The notes under the pieces are model-generated. The model was given only the letters and a program-made list of their open reading frames with translations, searched no databases and had not been told where the DNA came from. A program made the translations under genes and the position numbers. From Macrostomum lignano (taxonomy: Eukaryota): a DNA stretch of 64,000 nucleotides. Within the stretch, counting starts at the first letter, position 1. Every line of letters begins with the position of its first letter. The stretch spans positions 62,001 through 126,000 of the forward strand of contig NIVC01001884.1 of assembly GCA_002269645.1 (NCBI GenBank), in the 5' to 3' direction. Positions 1 through 9,787 of the stretch are shown piece after piece.

Positions 1-230
1 TTACACTATTAAACCTTGATGACGCTATATGTTGAGCAAGTTGAACAAAAAAAAGAACACAAATAAATGGCAAGTGGATACAACATCTACAAAAAAATGC
101 GATGCAAAAAGTGGTAAATAATTGGCAAGTTTTACTCCAAAAGATAGTAAAATAATAAAAAAATATTTGATGGCATCAAGCATGTGTAATTATGTTGCTT
201 TGGAAGAGTTATTAAGTTCCCTAGTTTTAC

Positions 231-1352
231 TTAATTGACTGGCCGGAGATTTAGGGTATTTTGCGTGGACAGGTAAAGTAGTCCGTTTACCGGAATCAGT
301 TGATGAGCAGGGTCGAATCGACTGGCGATAAACTCAAGCTGCTCGGTGGTCGCCCTCATGCTAGTTGGTCCCCGAGCCCTCCCTTCTGTGTACTGTAGGC
401 AGTACGAGCAGGCGATTTCAAAACCTGACTGCCTCTTCTGATGTCGCCGTGGCCAGGAAATGGACGCACGCTCCCGGTAGCTGAGCCTCGAAGTGTCCAG
501 GATAAACCGTTTAAGGGCGCGACGGCACTTGCGGAACTTCCGCGCCTGTGTCCCGGGGCTATCCGGCCGTTCGGTGCTGGTCTCTTCAAGGGCCGGCGTG
601 TCGCCCAGGTCTACCCTGAGCAGTGAGGCGTAATCAATGAGTGGGTTTGGCGCAGGCTCAGGCTGGCCCCGCTCTGTCTGGCACTGCTCGGGCTGACGTT
701 GCTCTGGCTGGCACTTTGTTTCGTCTGCGGCCGTCTCCTCCTGCTCGTCTATGGGCTTTACCCCTTCCTCTTGTTGCCGTATCTCCTCCATAACTCCTTG
801 TACACCTACTAGATTATTTTGATTATTATTTTGATGCTGCACTTGTTGATTTGGCACTAACTGCACAATGTTTTGATTTTGCACTGGCATAAACTGCTCA
901 TTATTTTGATGTTGCACGTTAATTTGATTTTGCACTGGCATAAACTGCACTGCGTCTTCGTACTCGTCTTCACTTTCTGAGTCATTCACTCGATGTCATT
1001 CATTCACTTTCTGACTATTGGCTAACTGTTCCCTATTGCACTGCTTCTTATGTTCTTTTGGTTTAGTACTAGCTTCTTCTTCCTGATAATCTGCTTGTGG
1101 TACTCTCATTAAATTATCCCTATGCATAATAAGTTCTTCCTTCCTGGCCTTCTTATTTTGTGTAACTGGCCTAATCTTAAAGACTACTTCTGATAGTTGT
1201 TCTTCAATTTCATAAACTGCTCTTTGCTTCCTGTGAAATTTATTAGCCTCTGTATTAGCAATTACTGGATTATTGATAAATACTAAGCTTCCTACAGGCA
1301 ATATTTTCGTCTTAGGCTTATTAGAGTACTCCTGCTCACGGTTTTGTTGCAC
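231..1352 (-). pseudogene. Integrase C-terminal domain plus a long acidic/Gln-rich Pol extension (element 1)
   Basis: GSLVFINNP...YEIEEQLSEVVFKIRP...HRDNLMRVPQADY aligns by eye with the element 3 integrase tail. A short duplication near 985-1010 shifts it into the 252-aa ORF at 231-989. Confidence 0.7.
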
Positions 1353-3527
1353 TAACTTTAATCTTCAGTGTTGCATCAGTGTCTAACACAAAATAAACTT
1401 GGGGGTCTGTATTAAACTCTGGGTAAGCAAGCACTTCTTCGGAACACATCCGTTTCTTCAACAACTCAAAGCATTCATCATAAATCCTGGTCCATTTGTC
1501 CTGGATACATTTGATGTTCTTCTTAGTTAACTCACAGAGTGGTGCTGCTACCTCGACAAAATTTCTAACGAATTTTCTATAGTAAGTACAGAGTCCGAGA
1601 AAGCTTCGAAGCTCTGTCACAGATTTAGGTTTCGGCCAGTTCCTAATTGCTTCTAGTTTCGACGCATCTCTCTTAATTCCTGATTTGCCTATGACGTGTC
1701 CTAGATATTGTAATTCTGATTTGAAAAGGTGACATTTCTTAGCCTTTAGTTTCGTGTTAGCTTTGATTAGTCTCTTGAGCACTTCTTTCAGGTGTTCTAG
1801 ATGGGCTTCGAAATCTGTACTGTAAACTATTACATCATCTAAGTAAGCTATGGCGAACTTCTGTGCAATGTCCTTAAGAACTAAGTTCATGCACCTCTGA
1901 AAAGTTCCTGGGGCTCCTTGCAATCCCATTGGCAATACTTCGTACTCAAACGAGCCTCGATGTAAAGTTGGAAAGCTAGTCTTGCAGTTATCTTCTTCCT
2001 TAAGAGCTATCTGATAATATCCCGAAAATAGATCTAACGTAGAGAATTGACTGGCTCCATGGAGACATGAAAATGTTTCATTGATATTAGTTATTGGATC
2101 CGGAAAGTACTCCGATTTATTGTTTAGTGCTCGATAGTCGTTAACTAATCTCAGCGAACCGTCTTTCTTAGGTACTATGACTAATGGAGTCGAGTACTGC
2201 GAGTAACTAGGCCTAATGATGCCTCTAGCCAACATGAGATCTAACTGCTCATCTACCTCCTTGATCCAATGAGGTGGGAATCTTTCTAGCTGGTATCTGA
2301 ACTGGGTTGTTGTCCTTCAAGATAATCTCATGAGTGACTAAATGCGTTCTGCCTAAGTCTAATTCAGGCTGCGAGAAAGCTGCTGAATGTTCCTTGACGA
2401 CCTCGATCACCTTTTGTCTCTGCTCCTGAGTCAGTTCAGTTCCTATGTTAATCTCACTAATCCAATTTTCTGACTTCTCCTGCACTTGACTGATCTTTTC
2501 TCTGCTTCCGCAAGACTGCGTGCTCCTATTCTGCTCTTCTTCTGGCTGTTCCTTCAGATAGTTAAGCTCGCTAGCTAAGAGTGGTTTAGCCATCCCAACT
2601 AATGCTGATGCTGGTACTCTAGCTTCCTGTGAACTGTTGTTAATCACTTCTAAATAAGCTTCCCCTTGTCTTAGAGTTACTAAACTTGGCACTACGGTTA
2701 CTTTTTCTGCTCTAGTCTTTAATCCTGATCTGAGTGGCTCAACAACTGATGGCACTCCAAAATTAGTTTCTCTACCTGCTGCTAATCTGACCTTGACTAA
2801 TCCTGAACTATTGTCTTTTTGTCTTCTTTTGTCGTCTTTTCTGCGACATAGATTCTCCTAAGCCGAGGCTTAGCTCTGGTTGATCGAAGCGGAATTCTAG
2901 TTTCTTGTTTCATGGTTAGCATTCCTGCATCGAAGTCAATGGTAGTACAATATTTTGGACAAACGTCACACCTATTACATTGTCTACATCTGCGTCACAT
3001 AAGAGAAACTCAAATTCTTCCTCGAAATCGCCAAATGTTGCCTTAATAACTACGAAACCCTTAATTGGAATAGGCTCTTCCATAAAGGAAACAATTCTAT
3101 TGTCCCAATGCTTAATTAGATGCCTATTCTTGCCAGTGAAAAGATGCTTCCAGGTTTCGCGTCCTAAGATATTTCTTTTACTGCCAGTGTCTAATAGATA
3201 AACTATTTCCTTATTTAAAATGCTGCCAGTGATGTACGGATCGTAACTTTGCTTTTTAGTTTGTTCAATTATTTTTGGTTGTTTTAGCTGCTGCTTGCTA
3301 GAATAAGGTTGTTGCTGTGGTGCGTTTGAAAAGTGCTGAGAATAAATGTTTGGCTGATTAAATGATTGATTAAATGTTTACGCATGAGTACTGTTATACA
3401 CTGAAGAATTCAATTCACTAGTTACAGAAAAAGTATCGCTGCTATTTACAGGTTGTGAGGCTACAGACTGTGAGGGATCTACTGCTGGAAAGCGTTGCCT
3501 CCGACGCTTCCGTCTACTCCGTTTCCC
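1336..3527 (-). pseudogene. pol: pro-pol of element 1: aspartic protease, RT and start of RNase H
   Basis: My translation gives YLLDTGSKRNIL (DTG at 3183-3191) and NVIGVTF. ORF 1336-2235 has YSTPLVIVPKKDGSLRLVNDYRALN, YLDD and VLDTDA. Premature TAA at 3378 and frameshifts near 2955, 2760 and 2240. Confidence 0.88.
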
Positions 3528-6502
3528 GAATTCTGCTTCTGAGGGTAATGTGGCTGCGGATACTGCGGCTGCATCTGCTGCGTTATTGTTGTTGTTGTTG
3601 TAGATGTCTAGCTGCTTTCCGGTGGTTTCCTTTCCACCACTCCTCCATCCCCTCCAGCAGCTGTCCAGAACCGGGCAGGCCACCACGTGCTCGATGGTCT
3701 CCTCCTCCATGCCACACTGCCTGCAATTTCCATCCTGCTGCAGCCCGATTCTCTTTCTAAACGCTGCCAGCTCCAGCGAGTGTCCCGTACGCCATCTTCT
3801 AAAACTAACCTCCTCCTTCCTGCTCGTGAACTCCGGTTCTTTCCTTGGTCCCTCCGAGCCGCCGTACGTTGCCCTCATCCTCTCGTGCCTCCACACCTTC
3901 CTTCTACTCCGCCTCCTCGCCATCCTCGCCATCGTGCTCGCCATGACTCCAATTCCTTCATTGCTCACTTCCCTGACCGCTCGATTAGCCCATTCGTCCG
4001 CCACTTCGTTCCCTACGATCCCGCAGTGGCTCGGTATCCACAGCATCACCATCTCCTGTGTGCATCACCATGCTGCAGACGATCGAGTTCTTGCTGGTCT
4101 TTTTTATAGCTTGGATCCCGCTTTTGCTGTCTGTCGCAATCACAGCTTTGTGCCAGTTGTTGTTAATCGCCAGCCATCTGATTGCCTCCTTCAACGCGTA
4201 CAGCTCCGCCTGCATCGAGGACGCGAGCTGTCCGCCGGCCACCATTTGCCTCTCGACCACCGCGCCGTTATCGTACTTCGTCACCACCACGCTTCCCCCT
4301 CCTTTGCCTCACTTATCAACCGAACCATCCGTGAAAATCAATATGTCCGCTCCGTCGCAAGCCGCTCTTATCCTGCTCTCTCCCATCCTCCTGCATTCCT
4401 CCTTCGTGTCTGGCCTTCCTCCCTCGTCATCGAATACCACGTGTCGTAGCTTGATCCATGGTGGTTCCTTTTCCGCCTCCGACAGCCTCGGCAGGTCGAC
4501 TTCCCATTCTGGCAGGTATCTGCGCGCCCAGGTCATCCAGCTGTCCCTTCTGAGCCTACTGACCGGTCCTTCGGTTGCAAGCCTCCATCTAATCGAACCC
4601 TCTTTCGCTCTCATCAGCCTATCCATCTTCCTCACAACCCGCCATCTTGCCAGCGCCTCCAGCTCATCCGTTCCCGACTCTTCCCTGACTCCGTCGATGG
4701 GGGTCGTGGCGAGCAGCCCACCGATTATTCTGGTTGCTCTGCGCTGCGTCACCTCAAGCTTGTGCCAGCACGCTCTGCTGATCCATGGCATCCATGCCGT
4801 GGCCCCATACATAATTTTACTCTCGATGAGGGCCACGTACGTCTGCCTGAGGAACCCACTTCTCCATCCCCAGTCACTTCCGGCCAGCCGTCTCATTATC
4901 TGTAATCTGCTTTTACAAGCTTTAGCCACCTCTTGCACGTGCTTTGCAAAACTCAGCCTCCTATCGTAGGTCACTCCTAGGAACATGGGGTGAGACACCC
5001 ACTCCATTTCTTCTCCGTTGATTCTGATGCTGATCTGCTTCGGCTCTTTGCACTTGCTACTCAGCACAAACAAGGTAAGCGTACATTTCTTGGCCGCTAT
5101 TGGTAGCCTCCATTGCGCACTCCACTCCTGCACCACACCGACCGCCTGTTTGATGCTGCTGGCTGCTTCCGCCTCGTCTTTGCTACACGACCAGCATGCG
5201 TAGGTCATCCGCGAAGCCACTCACCTCCATGTTCGGCATTCCCTCAATCCTCTGCAGCAGATCGTTAATAAAGATGATAAACAAGATCGGCGACAGCACC
5301 GATCCCTGCGGCAGCCCCTGCCTCATAACCACGCCTGCGCTATCTCTGTCCTGATACCTCACTCTGGCCATCCGGTTTTCCAGCTAACTTCTAACCCACT
5401 TCACCAACTTCGTGCTCAGGCCTTGCTCAAGCATCTTCCAAAGCAGCCCATGTCTCCACACTTTATCGAAGGCCCTCTCAAAGTCAAAAAGGGCCAGCAC
5501 TCCTTTCTCCCCCATCTGGAATGCGTCTTCCATCGCTTGCGTCAGCCTCAGCAGCTGGTCCTCGGTGGATCTTAGCCTTCTGCTGCTGCTATGCATCCTT
5601 CTGCTATGCATCTGCTGCTGAGCCGGGTACCTATGCTGGTTCTGCGGATGTGGCTGTTTACAATTCTTAGCTAAGTGACCTAGCTTGCCACATCTGTTGC
5701 ACGTCACTGGTGGACGCCTCTGCTGATTCTGGCCTTGCTGCTGCTGACCTGACGGTTGCTGCTGCTGCTTGACCTTTTGCTCAACATTCTGATGGTGTCG
5801 GAGTAACTCCTGAAGCACCTTCTGCTGATTCTCTAGCGCCTCACTCTGTTTGCGGACTAATTCCTTCAAGCCGTTCTCAGCCTCGTCTCCTCTAGTTGCC
5901 TTACACTGCTGCGGGTCTCTACCTCGGCGAGACATAGCGTACGCCATTTCGATACGTCGCAAGACTCGACGTGTCTCTTGAAGCGAGTTTACCTGAGCTA
6001 GCAGAAGCTTCTCTCTAGTCTCTGGAGCAACCCTAACACCTCTAATAAATTATTCCACCACCTTCCTGTCTCTGATCGTTAGTTAGATGGGGAAACGCCC
6101 TGCATGCTACCAAGGTAGCTCTGTTAGCTTCTCAGCGTAGTCATCAGTGCTTTCAGTTTTGCACTGGAACCTACTACGGAACTCTTCCCTAGCTTCTTGA
6201 GCACTACCTACATGCGTAAACCGCTCGATTAGCCTATCCTTAAATTCTGCGTATGCTAGATTAGGATCTAAATTTAGCCTTGTCACGATAGCGAACGCTG
6301 ACTGAACATCTAAGTTAGACAGTAGCTCATTCATCCATTCAGCTGCTAGTATCTCATCTGCGATACACCTCTGCTCAAAAGCTTGAATCCACACGTCTAT
6401 ATCCTGATTAGGCGTGTACTTTTGGATCCTAATATGTTTCCTAATGTCTAGCCTGTCTCTAATGCCTTCAGCCAGTGCTTCTACTACGTCATTAGCTTCC
6501 AT
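3479..6502 (-). pseudogene. gag: gag of element 1, split by the LINE insertion
   Basis: Capsid-like N-terminus (WIQAFEQRC...LIERF) at 6107-6502 and knuckle CNRCGKLGHLAKNC. The gag frame resumes after the LINE as QQMQPQYPQPHYPQKQNSGN...FQQ* ending at 3479. Confidence 0.8.
3582..5606 (-). mobile_element. 5'-truncated I-group LINE (RT, RNase H, CCHC) with a (CAA)n tail and 12-bp TSD
   Basis: Motifs FDFERAFDKVW, GLPQGSVLSP, FADDL, IFTDGS, AELYAL, TDSKS, WIPSHCGIVGNEVAD and CRQC...H...C. TSD TGCATCTGCTGC at 3570-3581 and 5607-5618. Confidence 0.9.
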
Positions 6503-6930
6503 ATTAGTTTAGTTTTTAGGTTGGATTTTAGAATTAACGCTTCTAAGTTATTAATTTTTGGCCAGTAAATTGGCAAGACTCCGAATTTAGCTGCTAGTTT
6601 TCCTAATGGTAAGAGTTTAGTTAATAAAATAGCATGGACTACAAATTTTATTACTTCCGCCTTACTTCTGGTCTTAATTGAGACCTTACTAATCTTCTAG
6701 TGAAGAAACTAAGTTAACAATTCTTTTCAGGAGCGTTAATCCGTTCCTAATCCGTTAATCCATTAATCTGAGATTAGACAACCTTAGATCAACTGACTAT
6801 GTACCTAATTAGTAAATCTGTGTTAGTTTTAGTTCTAATTCCAGCACATAGGAGTTAGTCCGTTAATCCCTTACTAATCCACTAATCTTCACTATGCACC
6901 AGTCTAATGCATGCGCTTCTCGGGTATTCT

Positions 6931-6949
6931 AATCCCACCACTGCCACCA
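6931..6949 (-). promoter_or_regulatory. Primer binding site complementary to the 3' end of tRNA-Leu
   Basis: Minus strand reads TGGTGGCAGTGGTGGGATT, the complement of the metazoan tRNA-Leu 3' end AATCCCACCACTGCCACCA. Confidence 0.85.
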
Positions 6950-6951
6950 AT

Positions 6952-7497
6952 TGGACAAGCGTGGTACCTGCAGTCTAGGCTTACTGGTTTTGTCTACTTT
7001 AGAACTTAGTGGATTTTCGGGGTATATTGGTAGATTTCGCTGCCACCAGTTTTCGCTGCCTTCCCTAATTCTGGTATTCAGATTTAAAGAATGGAGTCAG
7101 GACACCAACGAGATTTCAACAATTAATAAGGTTTTAATAAAAAAAGAAAAACGTTAACGTACAAAAGATTGGTTACATTAATTCCCCTTAATTCCTATTT
7201 TCCGTTTAATTGTGCTTGGGCAAGACTCCCATTAGTTTAGAGGCGAGACTCCTCTTGTGCAATCCTACTTTATAATTTACCTTTTATTTCCTTTTCTTAC
7301 CGAATTCCTTGTTATTCGCAAGACGCGCACGCAGGATGCTTTCCCTAGAGCCCAACTGCTCTGTAGTTCTTAAGGATCCCGAAAACTAGCGATTTACCCC
7401 TGCTCTAATTATTTCCCTGGGTTAAAACTACTGATAGTAGGCAAAAAGCATATTTCCCCGCAACTAATTCCCGTTCCTAAAATAATGCTCTACTACA
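6952..7497 (-). repeat. 5' LTR of element 1 (about 546 bp, TGTAGTAG...TTGTCCA)
   Basis: 3' end fixed by CA two nt before the PBS. 5' end inferred from TGTAG at the point where a PHD exon is cut off. Shares motifs (ccgttcctaa, ggagtcttgcc) with the element's leader. An internal TGTAACCA at 7177 is an alternative start. Confidence 0.55.
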
Positions 7498-7724
7498 CTA
7501 CTCATGTTGTACCGGAGGTCCTCGTTCGATAACTGTGAATGCATGCGTCATGAAACCATTTTGAACAGGTGTCGCAATCCGTCTGAAAAAGTAAAAAAAA
7601 ACAGGTCAATATAAACTTTTTATTTGTATAGTCGCATTAAGTACATACTATGATCAATACAAATAACACCACAAATTTAGCGTCCCTTTAACAAACAACA
7701 AAAAAGTACCATTAAGCAAATTTT
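7170..7724. repeat. About 554-bp direct repeat, copy 1 (copy 2 at 18816-19369)
   Basis: The copies are identical by eye except for one A in a poly-A run. Confidence 0.95.
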
Positions 7725-8293
7725 TGAAATACTTTTAATTGTTGTCTCAGCTCTCTGTCGGATCTGCGTCCGAGAATTCTAAGATTAAACAATGAGCGGC
7801 AAGTCCGACTGTGTTTTCCTGCGGTGTTAAACCTTCTCTTGAGATGGTATATTTCCAATCTAAATTACTGATGGAGTTCACGCAAATACAAAAGATGTAA
7901 GCTTCTTAAGTACAAAGTATGAAGCAGTCAGAAACTGAATTTATCGATACTTATCAGTACTCTCGGCTGATCTGGTGTTCGAGGCTAATGCCTGTATTGC
8001 TTGTCGATCAGGTGTGAACGGTAGATTTGATTGGCCTGGTTTCTATCAATGTCCTTAATTATTTTGCCAATAGGTCGGGAGTAGAGGAAATGGATAAAGG
8101 GTCTGTGAGCTGGCTAGAGTGTAAGAAGTACAAGGGGAGTTCCAAGAGAGGTCTAAGGACTGCTTCGTACTTTCGTGCATTGAAATACAGCGCGATGTTA
8201 GGCTGCTATTGGTAGCCTGCGTTTAGCGAATCAGCAGATGGAAGTGCATAGGTGGAGTTATGTGCTAAAACGCATGCGGTGGAAATGGCTACA
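7725..8293 (-). repeat. Candidate 3' LTR of element 2 (TGTAGCCA...GTATTTCA)
   Basis: Preceded by the purine tract GAAAAAGGGGCAATGAAA (8294-8311). Ends in CA exactly at the junction with the duplicated flank, with ATTAAA near the end. No second copy in the window. Confidence 0.5.
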
Positions 8294-8946
8294 TTTCATT
8301 GCCCCTTTTTCAACGAGCGAAGGTCTCCGAGCTCTCGAAAATTTTCTAAAAGATGACAAAACGGAGGAGCAAAGTGGAGTGTAATATGGTACATTGCTTG
8401 GGGTTTTTTGTAAAAATTTTTTTCGATCAAAATGGAAAATGGAGATTAAGGAAGAGAAGGAAAGATGATAAAGAGGAGGAGCTTGGATCAAGAGAGAATC
8501 GGAGAACGCGGTGTGACTATGATAAGTACCGCATGGAAGGTGGAAACATTGATGAAAGTTGTAGTGGCGAGACGGAACGGGGCTGGGGAGGGGGGGGTTG
8601 CGCGAAGTGTGAAGAGACGCGCGCGAGGGGGGGTGATAAACGGGCGAAGGAACAAACAAGACTGCGGTAATAAAATAACTGGCGGGGATCGCGAATGAAA
8701 AGTACGTGCATAGAATCGATAAAGCGTACATTGCTGTGCGGGGCGGGGTGATAATCGGAGAAGTAAAATTGGAGGTCCAAAAGGCGTATTTAAAGTCAAA
8801 ATTTAGAGAGGGAGAGGGATCGCTGGCTGCTGAGATCAAGGTTAGTGTCATAGTCTAGTGTTCTTTTCAGTTGTAACCGGTAAGTAATAGGCTAGTCCTA
8901 GCGTTTCTTAGGTTAGTTTTTTGCAAGTATTCAGGAAGTGATCAAC

Positions 8947-9150
8947 ATGGGAGATCTCGTCCTCGGCCGGGAGCAGTTCCGTGAGCTCGACCAAGTAGCC
9001 TGGACGGCCAAGGCTGGATTCGGACTGGGTGTCGGCGCCATCGCGTTGATTTTCGTCGTCCTGGTTGTCTGGTGTTTGTGCAGGTGCTGCTGTCGGAGAC
9101 ATCATCGGCAGTCGAATGCAGCGGCGACGGTTCGCGAGACCGAGGTGTAG
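8947..9150 (+). CDS. 67-aa single-pass transmembrane protein, antisense within the 3' region of element 2
   Basis: aacATGG start context. Translation MGDLVLGREQFRELDQVAWTAKAGFGLGVGAIALIFVVLVVWCLCRCCCRRHHRQSNAAATVRETEV. Upstream TATTTAAA at 8787, GTAAGT donor at 8880, TTCAG acceptor ending at 8934, GTAAGT donor right after the stop. Confidence 0.55.
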   Translation: MGDLVLGREQFRELDQVAWTAKAGFGLGVGAIALIFVVLVVWCLCRCCCRRHHRQSNAAATVRETEV

Positions 9151-9787
9151 GTAAGTAGTAGGGTAGGCGGTCTCAGCAGCCTATTCGCGGCGGAACTGAC
9201 GCTGTCGGTGATGATGCCGCGGTTTTGAACGATCCACCGGCCCTTTTCAGGGCCACCACCTGTAATGATGTTGTACATTTGCTGCTGGTGTCACTAGAGT
9301 TGTCTGAATGGTGTCGTTGTCGAGCCAGTCGAAGTGTAGGGCAGGGTCGGGCTGGATCAGGTTGAGTTGAGCGGGACCGTTGTCAGGACGTTTGTGTCTC
9401 AAAGAGACGAGCAAGAAGAAGGAGAGAGAAGGGGATCAAGAAAGTCGACTTGAAGTCGCCGTAGTTTGTGAGAAGAAAGTGAAGAATGATAAGTAAGCAG
9501 TCGTTATTTTGTAAGAACAAATATATGTCTTGTTGTGGCATAAATAGATATTGTAATCATAACTGGGTGTGGAAAATAGATGCCTAAATTACTATTTTGT
9601 TCTGTTTTGTCTTGGAATAGTTGTCTTGAGTCTTGAACTAATCTAACGCTAAGGAAGAAGTCAAGTGGATAAAAGTTTTAAAATGGGTGTCTGCGGGTAC
9701 TAAGAAGAAGAAAGTGAAGGCGGGAAGGTTTTGCTAAACTAAAATAACAATAATGGTAGCTTTTCGGTCCATTCTGTGCACGCGTGA

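Larger units (their letters stand above)
1..7497 (-). mobile_element. Ty3/gypsy LTR retrotransposon 'element 1' (degenerate; 3' end lies left of the window)
   Basis: Order on minus strand: LTR, tRNA-Leu PBS, gag with CCHC knuckle, protease LLDTGS, RT YLDD, integrase C-terminus. Several stops and frameshifts, and one LINE insertion. Confidence 0.88.

Noticed and set aside
3604-4969. Long plus-strand ORFs of 281 and 303 aa
   Set aside because: Antisense shadows of the LINE RT/RNase H.
7170-7724. The 554-bp repeats as the LTRs of element 2
   Set aside because: They contain MULE intron and PHD exon sequence contiguous with 19370 onward, lack a TG start, a matching TSD and an adjacent PBS, and a better PPT plus LTR candidate exists at 7725-8311.
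9150-9400. Short sense-strand frames in the 3' region of element 2 (e.g. a 58-aa MYNIITGG ORF)
   Set aside because: Short, with no motif or expression signals; kept only as background to the antisense ORF.
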